Positions 26,181 to 38,610 of a stretch of 64,000 nucleotides of DNA are shown piece after piece. The stretch covers positions 13,578,001 to 13,642,000 of the forward strand of contig JAGIQG010000032.1 of assembly GCA_024679065.1 (NCBI GenBank), written 5' to 3'. The DNA is from Sphyrna mokarran. Its lineage: Eukaryota. The notes below the pieces were generated by a model, which did not search any database, was not told where the DNA came from, and worked only from the letters and a program-made list of their open reading frames with translations. Numbering within the stretch: position 1 is the first letter of the stretch; every line of letters starts with the position of its first letter. Made by a program: the position numbers and the translations under genes.

Positions 26181-26647
26181 ACAAACCGCATGAAGTTACG
26201 TGGCATGAAATTAGTGGGAATAAAAAACTAGGAAAATAGGAGTAGTTTGGAATGCCACCACAGCTTGGCAATGTGACTCCAAACCTCTGAAACAACATCT
26301 TATGGAAAAGCCTCCAGATGGATCAATGTGAAAAGTCGTGGAAAAAAAAAACTTTTGCAACAAATTCACAATTGTGCTATATCAACTCTAAACTGGGTCA
26401 GCTAAGCCATCAGTGTTCATTTTTGACAGCCTATGTTTGTTACAGAATGAAAGATAAAGAGGGAAAAGGAGAAATGAGAACAGTGAAAGAAAACGTGCTA
26501 ACATCAAATGGAATGGAAGATAGAGCGAGCAATAATAAGACAAAGAGAAAACAGCAAAAAAGTGGCTACAGGGAGGGAATATTTTGCCACAGGAAACTGA
26601 GAAGTTATATGTGAAAAATGACCCAATTGTACCAAAATAAACAGACA

Positions 26648-26947
26648 ATGGCCGGAATTTCACCACCCCATGGAAATCGGAGTGGGCGAGGGCTGAACAA
26701 TGGGTAGGTCCAGGACAATGGAAAGGTGGGAGTTTACTGTTTGGGGACAAGTGAGACTGCAAAATCCCACCCAACATGTCAAGATCCTCCTGGCAAAGCT
26801 GGTAAATGTTGAATTGAATATATAGTTGAAATTTTCTGGCCATTCATGCTGGCAGGATTCTCTGATCCCGGAGACTTGGCCGAGTGCCATATTCTCCTTC
26901 CTTGCTTATGGCAGCAGGGGGATGTGAACGGTTGAAAAATTCTGGCC
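26648..26947. mobile_element. Two adjacent short MITE-like elements
   Basis: Units of about 120 bp bounded by inverted ends (ggccggaattt...aaaatcccaccc; gttgaaattttct...aaaaattctggcc). Related units at about 24500-24600, 56497-56605 and 59098-59223. Confidence 0.5.
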
Positions 26948-28256
26948 TACGTGTAGATTAAAGAATATATATATTAAAACTCATGCTATTTTCATTAAAA
27001 TTTGGATCTTTTGTCTGGATCTCGGTGCATTAAATCAAAAGGAGGAATGAAATGTCCAAAAAAGCGGCAATGATAATAGATCTGAAGAAGCAGTTGTTAC
27101 AATGAATCCAGGTATGTGGATGCAGGTACTGAACATATTGTCAGCTCACATGCTTTAATCACCATAGATACAAGGTGAGTCATTAGCATTTCTGACACAG
27201 AATGAATAGAATATTGATCTGATTGTAAGTGTAGCTGAAGAAAAGTGATTTAACTCCTTCGCTGACATGCATATTTAAATTATAGTTAAATACTATTTAA
27301 TGCAACGCTACTTAAAAAATCTTCTTGAACCACATGACAGGTTCAATATTGATTGCATGATAACGCAGACAAAAGGTAGGTTAATAATCCGTGGTCAGAT
27401 GACAACCAAAATGAGCTTTCAGTGTTGATGAATGTATTTATTCCGTACTCCTTATATGTTGGAAATGAATAAAACATTTTTCACATAACTCATTCATAAC
27501 TGAAACGAGAAAGGTGAGCAAAGCCTCAGAAGTCCTTCTGTAATGGTGTTGACAGGAAAGGTTATGAAAATCATTTAAAAAGTAATCAAAATGTCACGAA
27601 ATTAAAGTATATTGACTCGTGCCAAAGTCATAGTCAACCAAAAGGCCCCACTTTCAAAGACCAATTTTATTTTAAACTATTATATAGATTCATTTTGAAA
27701 CATTTATTTAGGATGGAGACTTTGACATGAATGTCAAGTATTTGGATCCTTTCCAAACATTGCAGGACAAATGGAAAATAGATCCAAATCAGAAATTCAG
27801 AAGCAACTTCTTTGCTTGAAGAATGGTTACAATCTGGAGCTCACTACCAAAAAAGATACTGAAGGAGAAACCAGAAAAAAACATGAGGGAGAAAGGAATA
27901 TAAGGCTATATTAATATGGTGAGTTGAAGAGTGATGAGAGGAAGCTCATAGACACAATCCAAGGTAACAGCATGGAATTTAGAAAACAATTTTAAAATAG
28001 AAAACTAACAAGAATGAGTTTCATCTCCTTAATACAGCAAATTAAAGACATATGATTAGTGACATCCAAAGGAAGTTAGTTCTGCCAAGTTACCATTGGT
28101 TTGGAGTCCTGTTGTAAAATTCAGTCAGGACGGGGATGGGATTTGGAAGAAGGTGGCAGCTTCCTTAGCGTATGCAAAAGGGGGACAGATTAGGCCATTT
28201 TACAATAGACAAGTCATGCCATGTGCCAAACTCCAGTCCCATAGAAATGATGTGAA

Positions 28257-28458
28257 GATGCTGGTGTTGGACTGGGCTAAACACAGTAAGAAGTCTCATA
28301 ACACCAGGTTAAAGTCCAAGACATTTATTTGGTAGGAAAAGCCACTAGTTTTCAGAGTGGGAGACAAAGGAGCAGCGCTCCTAAAGCTAGTGGCTTTCGC
28401 TACCAAATAAACATGTTGGACCTTTTACCTGGTGTTGTAAGACTCCTTACTGTGTTTA
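28257..28458. mobile_element. Penelope-like element terminal palindrome
   Basis: Arms of about 75 bp at 28278-28351 and 28383-28458 are reverse complements; the spacer contains aaggagcagcgctcctaaag. Confidence 0.7.
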
Positions 28459-28523
28459 TCCATATAAAGCCAGAGACCTCTGGTGGACCTGCTATCAGGA
28501 TCTGCTGATGTAAATTTTTTTTT

Positions 28524-29185
28524 ACTCATTGTGGAACATGGGCATCATTGACTAGTTAACATTTATTGCCCATCCCTAGTTGCCTTTGGACTGCAGTTGA
28601 GAATCAACCACATTGCTGGAGCTCTGAGTCTGGTAAGGACGGCAGATTTCCTTTCTTAAAGGACTTTAGTGAACCAGATGGGTTTTTTCAACAATTGACA
28701 ATGATTTCATGGTCAAAAATAGATTTCTAATTCTAGATAACTTTTATTGAATTCAAAATCCACCAGCTGCCATGGCAGGATTCAAGCTGGGTCCCCAGAA
28801 CATTAGCTGAGTTTCTAGATTAATTTATTTTATTCATTCCTGGGACATGGATGTCGCTGGCTGATCAGATTTATTGCCCATCGCTAGTTGCTACTGGGGG
28901 GCAGTAGAGAATCAACCACATTGGTGTGGCTCTGAGTCACATACAGGCCAGACCAGATAAGGCCGACAGATTTCCTTCCCTAAAAGCCAATAGTGAACCA
29001 GATGGATTTTTCTGACAATCGACAATGGTTTCATGGTCACCAGTAGATCCTTAACTTCAGATAATTTTTATTGAATTCAAATTCCACCATTCGCCACGGC
29101 GGGATTCGAACTGAGGTCCTCAGAACATTAGCTGAGTTTCTGCATTAATAGTCTAGCTATAATACCACTAGGCCATTGCCTCCCC
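28524..29185 (-). mobile_element. Tandem pair of a second tRNA-derived SINE family
   Basis: Two copies (about 28524-28822 and 28828-29185) share atttattgcccatc...gagaatcaaccacatt...tagtgaaccagatgg; B-box-like ggattcgaac. Other copies at 34400-34745 and 58566-58940. Confidence 0.8.
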
Positions 29186-29684
29186 ACTCTCTGTCAATCT
29201 GCAAGTTGATTCAGCATTTGAAAGGCCTTTCTTGTAATTTTACTTCTGTTTTTTCAGTGTCTACATTCTTATATCTGAGAATTCACCTTGGCAGGCATTA
29301 TTTGTGAACTTGTGTTCTCCTAACAGTATTTGTGCCAGCAGATTCCTGATGGTATTACAATGAGATGTGAATGCTTCTATGCTTTCAATGGTGCTGTGCA
29401 AAATGAAACATGCCAGGATGATCAGGAGCTGGCATTAGTTATTTGGTTGCACTTGCCAAAATGTCAACATTATCAGCATTTCAGGTCACTTAAACATGAT
29501 AAAGCCAAATAAGGAGAGGGCTGGAATCAGCAGACGTTATTAAAGATAATCTTTTTACCTGCATTTGTTGGGCCAGGAATGCTCATTTCTGGCCTGGACT
29601 CTGCACCACATCCTTCCACAATTCCTGAGTATCCACAACCTGGCCATGAATCTCTACTGGCAAGCAATATGTTCGTGAGGCTGG

Positions 29685-29998
29685 GTGAAGATAGTGCAGT
29701 GGTTTGATTCTGGTCTTGGGTGATTGTTATTGTGGAGTCTGCAACATCTCCCCGTGTCTGCGTGGGTTTCTTGCAGGTGCTCCTGTTTCCTCCCACAGTT
29801 CTAAGATACGCAGGTTAGGTGGATTAGTCTTGCTAAATTGCCCCTTAGTGTCCTCGAAGATGTAGGGGTTAGGGGGAATTAATGGGATAAATACATAGGA
29901 TTTCATGGATAGGGTCCAGGTGGCTTGCCTGGAGAGTCGGTGCAGGCCCACTGGGCTGAATGGCTTCCTTTTGCAGTGTAGTGATTCTGTGACTCTAT
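29685..29998 (+). mobile_element. HE1-like SINE
   Basis: Core ccccgtgtctgcgtgggtttc...cctcccacag...gctaaattgccccttagtgtcc and CR1-type tail. Confidence 0.85.
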
Positions 29999-31054
29999 TA
30001 AAATCTTCATGGTCTCTGTTGCTGAATGTGAAATCCCATTGAAAAACGGCAATTTCCGATTGGAAACCCACTCAGTTAAAATCAGCCCCGCAAAATTTAT
30101 TAGCGGGAGGGGAAGACTGATGGAGCACATAGTGCGAGAAAGTGAGGGAGGAGGACAGAACAGAGAGGACAGTGTTTTAGGGGCTGAGATGTTAGAGGAA
30201 TGGCGAGTCCAATCATATTTGGATCAATAAAGGAAAGAGAGAAGAATGGTTGTGACAGAGAATGCAGTTTAAACTTGAAGGTGACAGACTGATGACCCAT
30301 CAGTCATAAAATGTTTCATCTAGTTCAGAAAAGTGAAAACAATGCTGTAAGTATGCCCTCACCCCAACCCTACACCACTCACCCTGCTTCCCCCCTCCTC
30401 CCCAACACAGAAGTGAGAGAAATCCCCAGTGGATTAAAACTATATAAAGAGCTAATTTACCGAGAACACAGAAAAAGACTGTTTACCATCAAAGTGAAGA
30501 CCAAGTTTCTTTTGAGTTGATTCTTGACACAGGAGTTCCATCTGAGATCAGAGTTTGTGGAGCCCATAAACAAAGGAAGACCAAAAATTGAGTCATCAAA
30601 GACAAGGTTGGGCTTTTATCTTCATGAGTTGAAAGCAACAAGCTTATCCCTGCCCCAAAGGGCATGGAAATGATCAGTATGTAGCGATTCACTCTTTATA
30701 CAACAAGGCAAATGGAGGTTGTGTTCACTGAATATGCAAACTTAAAACTATGATGAACATAGAGTAAAATTATTAGCAAAGGAAAGGCTAAAATTCAGTT
30801 GTTGTGGATGCTGTGTTAGATCCAACTGTAGCTTTAACCCTACAAAAAAACATTTGTTCTGATTCACAAGTGAAGAGGTTTAAAAAGGTTTTATTTTCAC
30901 ATATCCTACTCAGCCCCGTCTCCCTCCAGTTTTTCTGTTGGTTTTTGAAGGTACTGTGCTTTTTTTTAAAGCAAGCCCATTAAACACTACACCCCAGTGA
31001 TGCCCCCTCGCTTGTAATGAAAACATTGAGTCTGAAGTGTATTTAATAACAACA

Positions 31055-31440
31055 TAGAACTACATACAAATTACAGCACAGAAACAGGTCATTAAACTCA
31101 ACAAGCAGTGCTGGTGTCAATGCTCCACATTAGCCTCCTCCCACCCACTTCATTTAACTCCATCAGTATTAGCAATTATTCCTTGCTCCCTCACATATTT
31201 ATCCAGCTTCCTCTTAACTGTAGCTATGCTAGTCATCTCAACTACTTGTGGTAACACGTTTCACAGTCTGACCACCTTCTAGGTGAGGATGTTTCTCCTG
31301 AATGCCCTTTTGGAGGAATTGGCGACAATTATATATTTAGGAACACTTGTTTTGGACTCCCTACAAATATGGAAATATTGTCTCCACATCTTTCCCATCA
31401 AATGCCTTCATAATTCTAAAGACCCCTGTTACAGCACTCC
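31055..31440 (-). mobile_element. Old CR1 LINE 3' fragment
   Basis: aattacagcacagaaacaggtcatt tail followed by decayed ORF2 end. Confidence 0.55.
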
Positions 31441-31644
31441 TCATCCTTCCCTCCTGGAAAGATAAAGTGGGGGTCCAGGAGGGAGGAAAGAGATTGCAAC
31501 AGTGCAATAGTTATCAGTTTCTAAATAGCAGCATTTTCAATGCCACATCATCACTGTCTTCTCAGGTTTGTTGAAAAGCAAGGCTGTCTGAATCTTTTCT
31601 TGTTGCTTGTTGCCAATGCAATGACTCAGAAAACCCTGAGCTTA

Positions 31645-32800
31645 AAAGAACAAAGAAAAGTACAGCACAGGAATAGGCCCTTCGGCCCTCCAAGCTTGTG
31701 TTGACGATGATGCCCTAACTAAAAAAACCATCTGCCCTTACTCGATCCATATCCCTCTATTTCTTCCACGTTCATGGACCCATCCAGGCGCCACTTAAAA
31801 TATTCCTAATGTGCCTGTTCCACCATGTCTTCTGGGAGCACATTGCAGGCACCCACTACTCTCTGCATGAAAAACCTGGCCCTCACATCTCCTTTAAAAT
31901 TTCCCCCTCTGCCTTGAACCTGTGCTCCCTTGTAATTGACACTTCCACCCTTGGAAAAAGTCTCTGACTATCCACCCTGTCCATGCCTCTCAATTTTGAA
32001 GACCCCTATCAGGTTTCCCCTCAGCCTCCATCTTTCCAGTGAAAACAATCATAGTTTAATCAACCTCTCCTCATAGCCAACACTTTCAAGCCCAGACAAC
32101 ATTTGATGAACCTTCTTTGCACTCTTTTCAAAGCTTCCACATCCTTCTGATAGTGTGGTAACCAGAACTGCATGTAATGCTCCAAAGACAGCCTAACTAA
32201 GGTTTTATATAGCTGCAACGTGATTTCCCAACTCCTGTACACAATGCCCCAATTAATGAAGGTAAGCATGCCATATGCCTTCTTAGTCACCTCAGTCACA
32301 GATGAACCTGTGTAACCACTTTTAGGGAAATGTGGACCTGCACGCCCAGATCCCTCTGTATTTTAATGTTCCTAAGGGTTTTGCCATTTACAGTACAATT
32401 CATGCCTAAATTTGATCCTCCAAAATGCATCACCTTGCATTTGTCCAGATTAAACTCCATCTGCCACTGCGTCCTAGTCTCCAATCTATCTATATCCTTT
32501 TGTATCCTCTGACAATCCTTAGCACAATCAGCAACTCCACCAATCTTCACGTCATCTGCAAACTTACCAGACCGTCCATATTTTCCTCCAGATCATTTAT
32601 ATATACTACAAACAACAAAGATCTCAGCACTGATCCCTGCGGAGCACTACTAGCTACAGATCTCCATTCTGCAAAACACCCTTCCACCACCACTCTGTCT
32701 TCTAATAACCAAGTCAGTTCTGTATCCGTCCAACCAGCCCACATGATATTAGTTTTTGTACCAGTCTGCTATGCGGGACCTTGTCAAACACCTTACTAAA
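31645..32800 (-). mobile_element. 5'-truncated CR1 LINE with frameshifted reverse transcriptase (ORF2) C-terminus
   Basis: Minus-strand ORF pieces ...APQGSVLRSLLFVVYINDL..., ...QWQMEFNLDKCKVMHFG...RDLGVQVH..., ...LQLYKTLVR...QFWLPHYQKDVEALKRVQRRF, plus 3' tail gggccgaagggcctattcctgtgctgtac. Confidence 0.95.
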
Positions 32801-32804
32801 GGTC

Positions 32805-33053
32805 ACATGAACCATATAAAAAGGAACATAGTTTATTACAGAAAACAAAGTAAAATCAATACCATGGTGTACACATAATAGTGCCTGCCTGGGACTCGTG
32901 TCGCAGGCCCAGTCCTGGGCCTGTCTTATAAAGGGCCTACGTAATGAATCTTAGCTGAGTAGATTATTACCTGTTATCAGGAGAACTCGTAGTCAATGAA
33001 CCCTACAGGCAGATCAATCATTGATCCCCATGGACCTGATGGGGATTGTCACA
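32805..33053 (-). mobile_element. Possible solo LTR
   Basis: On the minus strand it begins TGTGACAATCCCC and contains a TATA-like TTTATAAG and a downstream AATAAA; about 250 bp; no internal domain seen. Confidence 0.4.
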
Positions 33054-33944
33054 GTCACGTCAGTCCACTGAAACACAACTTTGCCAGATTAAAAGATATC
33101 TTTGAAATTTAGTATACAGCAAATGAGAAACACATGCTTTCAGGTTCACGACTACTTAAAGGTGAAACAGAAGAGGTGAGGTTGTCTTCTGGTAGATTTA
33201 TATTGGCAAGAGTTGCTTTTCTTATATGAGAAGCTTTGCTGGGCCAGCAGAGAGGAAGCACTGATATATTGAGATCAGTTGGATGCTGTGAAAAGGGGAA
33301 GAGACATGGCTGACTGAGGGAAGTGGCAGCCCCATAAAGGCTCCTGAGGACAGGAAGGAAGCTGAATGGTAGTCAATGCCTGCATACATTTGGAGAGATA
33401 TGATTGTGCAGAATATCGAGAGTTATCCAGGGAAAGTCAATGGTGAGATCTTGAGAGCAGAGAGTAACAAAGAGCAGGTAAAGAATGACAGAAGTGTCAT
33501 TCGGGAGAATTGGAAAACAATTCCAGTGTGCCAAGAGGAGTCATGATGGTGATGAGGGGTACCTGGGGTAAACGATGATTAGTCAGGAATAATGAAAGGT
33601 AGGTTGAGGCAGAGCAAGGGTGGTGGAGGACATGCTAAACAGGCCCATTACATCAATATTCTAGCTGCAGGCTCCTACAAGATTGCTTAACTTTTTCACA
33701 AAAAGTCATTGTGTAAGTGCCTGTGGAACCTGGGATTACAAGCTCCTCAAAGAGTCAGCCTAAGCTGTTGGATGACAGAGTGGTTACCTGTCTGAGTACT
33801 GTTCAAACATGGCACTCAGATCTTTAACGCTGTGAGGTGATGGCATGGCCAGTGACTTTCTGCTTGTCCCCTTTGCATGATTGGCCTGGGCCGTCACCTC
33901 TGCATTCTTAATTGGTTACTGCTATGTGATTTGACTTTTTAAAA

Positions 33945-34325
33945 AATTTGATTTGGTTTATTATTGTCACATGTATTAGTATACAATGAAAAGTACTGTT
34001 TTTTGTGCGCTGTACAGACAAAGCATAGCATTCATAGAGAAGGAAATGAGAGAGAGCAGAATGTGGTGTTACAGTCATAGTTGGAAAAGATTAACTTAAT
34101 GCAAGGTAGGTCCATTCAAAAGTCCAATGACAGTAGGGAAGAAGCTGTTCTTGAGTCGGTTGGTATGTGACCTCAGAATTTTGTATCTTTTTCCCAATGG
34201 AAGAAGGTGGAAGAGAGCATGTCCAGGGTGCATGGGATCCTTAATTACGCTGGCTGCATTGGCAAGGCAACAGAAAATGTAAACAATCAATGGATGGGAG
34301 GCTGGTTGTGATTGTGTGCAACTGC
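33945..34325 (-). mobile_element. Rex1/Babar-type LINE 3' end
   Basis: ORF 34096-34290 encodes IKDPMHPGHALFHLLPLGKRYKILRSHTNRLKNSFFPTVIGLLN, the typical Rex1/Babar C-terminus; tail ...catgtgacaataataaa followed by a degenerate short repeat. Confidence 0.85.
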
Positions 34326-34399
34326 TCCATATCTGATAGAAGTGCAGCCTTCAGGACCCTGGACACAAGAAGACTATTTTGTTCTCAGGTTCACAGAGT

Positions 34400-34745
34400 T
34401 TATTCTCTTGTGGGATGTGGATGTTGCTGGCAAGCATTTGTTCCTGTTGCCAGTTGCCCTTTGTCTAACAGACCATTTCAAGTGGTAGTTAAAAGTCAAT
34501 CATATTGCTGTGGATCTGGGGTCACATGTAAGCCAGTCCAGGTAATGATGAGATTTTTTTTCCCCCTAATGGGCATTGGAGAACCAGATGACAATAGATC
34601 ATATTTGTCAAGGTTACCATTATTGAAACTACTTTTACATTCTAGATTTATTAAGTTTAAATTCCACCAGCTGCCATCTGAATCTACGTCCCTGGAGCAT
34701 TAGCCCAGGTCTCTGGATTACAAGTCTCTTGTCGCTGTGCCATCT
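34400..34745 (-). mobile_element. tRNA-derived SINE, second family, older copy
   Basis: Homologous to 28828-29185. Confidence 0.7.
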
Positions 34746-35094
34746 TCTCGTAGTCACATAGGCCTGCCTCTGTGGATCAACCAGCATCAAACTGATTTGC
34801 CCTGGAGTCCTCCTGATGAGTCAATAGGCTGATTCACTCCCTCAGTGCATAAAGAGTACAGAAGGATCAAAGTTTGTGTGGACCAGTTGCTTTCAGCTGA
34901 GTAGCAATAGGGTCACAAGAATTGTCCTTGGGATGAAACATTTGAACTGAGCAGTGAGATGGTAGTGAAAGTCTGTCATTGTTGATGCTCTTTGCACTGT
35001 CCAGTGGTTCAGCACAGGGCAGAAATTACCTGATTAGGTTTGAAAGCAATTTTCCCTACAATCCAAAACTAATTGGTCAATTCACACGTGGAAC

Positions 35095-35490
35095 TGTCAT
35101 GATCTTGGGATGTCCCAGAGCTTTACAGCTAATGAAGCACACTTGGAAGTACAGTCACTGTTACAATGATGAAAACCTGTCAATCAATTGGTACATGTGA
35201 CTTCCCTACAAATAGCAATGTGATAATGACCACAAAATCTGTTATTTTTAAAAAAATGATGTTGATTGAAGGATAAATATTGGGGTGAACTCTTCAAAAT
35301 AGCATTTGGGATCTTTCACCGAAGAGAGCAGATGGAGTTTTGGTTCCATCCGAAAGAACAGCATCTCCAACAGTCCAGCACTTTCTCAGTGCTGCACTGC
35401 AGTGTCATCCTGGGTTTTTGAGCTGAAGTGATTTCAACCCACAACCTTCTGACTCTGGTGAGTGCTCCCCACAGAGCCATAAGCGGCACC
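35095..35490 (-). mobile_element. Near full-length Deu-domain SINE (SacSINE1-like)
   Basis: Head, Deu-like core (gggatctttcac...gcagatggag...catccgaaagaacagcatctccaacagt) and L2-type tail (agctttacagctaatgaagcacactt...cagtcactgtt). Confidence 0.65.
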
Positions 35491-37929
35491 CGAGCAAGAA
35501 AACCAGAATCTCCAGAACAAAAGGAAGTGGAAAGATTAACTGACAACAACAAAATTCTAGCAAATGTAAATTTCATCCTCTTCCTTTGTTTTTCGAATTC
35601 ACTTGTGTAAACAGAAAAATATAAATTGGGTGGCAGACAGTGGCAAATAACTCACAAGAACTAATGAATATGGAACATCTTTTAATCATCTACCCACCAT
35701 AGTTACACTGCAGCACGTGAAATATTTCCATGCTCAGAAAACCCCTGCACCGCAGAATTGCTGTCATGTTTCTGAAATTATATCTTATTTATTCATTTAA
35801 AAGGTGAAACAGTCAACATTGCAAATCATCTACACTCTCTATACATTTGCAGAACAGATATATTACATAGAAATAAGTTAAACCTGGATTTCATGTCACA
35901 CCTGAAAAACAAAATCAGCGAATCTATCACCAAGGTGAAATGTTTGTGTACATCTCGCCACTTTTCGAAAGGCGCACCAATCCCTTATTATATATCATTT
36001 TGTCTCCTTACTGCTACAAAGACACTTTCCTATTGTGTCCAGTTTGTGAGACAGAATGTGTACCAGGTATGCATATCATACCAGTTGTGTAGCTGTGGAA
36101 GCTAATAATAATGATGCTGCAATTTTCATTGAAGTCTAACTTAGTTAAAACATTGAATCCGCATTCACACTGCTTTTGATCCAAATTGTCAGGAATAAAA
36201 CGCACTCACTGGAATTTTATCTCAGAGTACAAGCCTTGCCCAAGCGAGCTTGTAAAATACCGGCTCTTGTCTTCAATCTTGGAAATACCCAGAAACGCAC
36301 GAGAAGCAATAGAATCTGTGGAACTGAACAGTGACCAGATTCCAATTCTACATCAATCTCTTGCAGCTCAACTGATTTTCAAGTGCATTTTCAAGATTAA
36401 AATAAATGTTGAATAAGTTTCAAATACCAAAAGAAGTATCGTGCTTTTGCTTCTGGGTTCATTTGTGAAATGTGCCAAACAATAGTTTCTATCTTATTAC
36501 TCTGAGGCCCATTCTCAGTCTTGTTCCATCTTACTCGTCCGCATGTTGGAGCTCGTGACGTAAAATCAGCGCATGCAGATCATCAGCTAGGGGAAAAGCC
36601 TAATTATCTCTTTGTTCCTCATTCATTCAAGCTGAACAATCTTTCACTCTCATCTGTCCATCAACCAAGCTCAGGCTGACAATTGTTGATTGGAGGGTTC
36701 CCATTGGCTACAAGGTTTCCACATCCAATGCCTGGGGTTTTTAAGTGGAGCTTACTCTGTACCTGGACAATTTGGCATGTGATCAATTATGTATTAAAGC
36801 AAATTAAATGAGGCCCGCAAAAGGCTCCTGTCCCCCAACAATCCCCCCCTCCCCACTGCCACACTCTTTCTTTCTAAATCATCCATTGAGAAAATAGTGA
36901 TGATGGAATTCAGGTGTAGAAAGTCCAATGTACAATTTTATGATTGAGAACAAGCAGTGCCAGTGGGTCCTCAGAACCCTTCATTTTAATAACATTCTTT
37001 CACTTATTCTGAACGTTGAAATCGGCTGCTTCTCCTTTTAAAAAGAATCCCTTTATTTCCAATCACTGCAGAGCAAAAGGAAAGCAAGAGGAAATGGGGC
37101 TAAATTACAGCCCTGGGCACATCCCACTGCTGGGCAGGACTGGAGTCTCCGAGAGACACGAGAACTGCCAAAAGCCACAGGTGAAGGCAAGGCACGCCCC
37201 AAATGGCGCCAGGCTACACAAGGAATTTTGCTGATTTGTAGATTATCATAAATATCACTCATAGAACAAAAATAAACAGTCCAAACAAGACTAAATCCCC
37301 TGAAGGAATCAGCAGCATTCCTAGCCAAATGATAATCAGCATATGTTGGATATTATTATGGAGAAGAAACATTAATCTTTTTACTTGCAGTAATTCTGCG
37401 GGGCAGAGAGTAAACTTTTAGTACTGAACACATTCAAATAACCTTGGCTGCAAATTTCCAAACCAAGTTGTCTCAAGAGTCCAAAGGTTCCCCTAGGGGA
37501 TTTTCACAATAACTTCATTGCGATGTTAATGTAAGCCCCCTTATGACACTAAGCAATAAACTTTAAAACCATTAACTCTCAATTTCAAGCAATTTACACA
37601 TATTTTCCTCCCATTATTTGGATGGCATTTTGATCAGCACAGCGAAATCAAATACCTAGAACCTAACTCACGCCAGGGAGACCTCCAACCAGAGGAAACT
37701 GCATTGGAAATGGAATCTTAACTGTCCCTTACACTCAGTTATTGTCACTTGGAAAGATGTGTTGATTCCGTCTCAGCAGTTTGCATCACTGAAGGAAAGT
37801 TGGAATAACAGTATCCGTCCATTCGAAACAAACATCCCTCAGCAGCAGATCATGAAATGACACTGTTGGAAAATCAATCCTCATCCTGCCCTAGAGCCCA
37901 AACAGGGAATATAGGAGAGGTAAAATAAC

Positions 37930-38245
37930 AAAAGAACTTGCATTTTCAGTGTGCCTATTGTCCCAAGGGCTTCAATCCATTGAAATACTTTTGTGTAGTC
38001 AGTGATGGAATGGCAAAAAATTAAGGCAGTCAAGTTGTGCAAAACAAACAGCAATGAGATAAATGGCCATATAGTCTGTTTTAGAGATATTGATCGAAAT
38101 AGAAATATCGGCCAATAAAAATCAACAGATCACCAAAAAGAATCATCCTGCTCCTCTTCAAACAGTGTCATGAGATCTGTGTCCACCTTTAACATGAAAT
38201 CCTGCAGCTCTGATAGAGCAGCACTCCTACAGTATTGCATTTCTG
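37930..38245 (-). mobile_element. Deu-domain SINE (SacSINE1-like)
   Basis: Homologous to 35095-35490, including the tail agaacttgcattt. Confidence 0.6.
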
Positions 38246-38592
38246 TTCCCCGAGAAAGCATAATACCAAATGCAGGTAAAAATATTGGCCAGATTTGGTG
38301 GCAAGGACATCCATCGAAGGTCAATAGAATCTTTTTTTTTGCAGGTGCATATTGGATCCTGATCATGTCATTGGGACCTGCCTGCAATCTTACCTTGCTG
38401 ATCCGACAGGGAAGCTCGAGTGGCATTGCTGACGAAATAATAAGTCAGGAAGATAACTCAGAGCCAATTTCAGACTCAAACGGGAGCAGGAATGCTCCTC
38501 CAGTTCAGCATGCAAAGCTTAATACACCCTTACCGAGGACTCTCCCTTCCTGTCCTCTCCTTCACCATTCCCTTCATGCCAACCCTCCCTTC

Positions 38593-38610
38593 CCCCCCCC
38601 CCCCCCCCCC
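38593..38610. repeat. Poly-C run (G18 on the pre-mRNA strand)
   Basis: 18 consecutive C residues. Confidence 0.9.

Noticed and set aside
34803-34840. ggagtc...CTGATGA-gtc-aata-ggc...actcc resembling a type III hammerhead
   Set aside because: The GAAA box is replaced by tgattc and there is no stem I.
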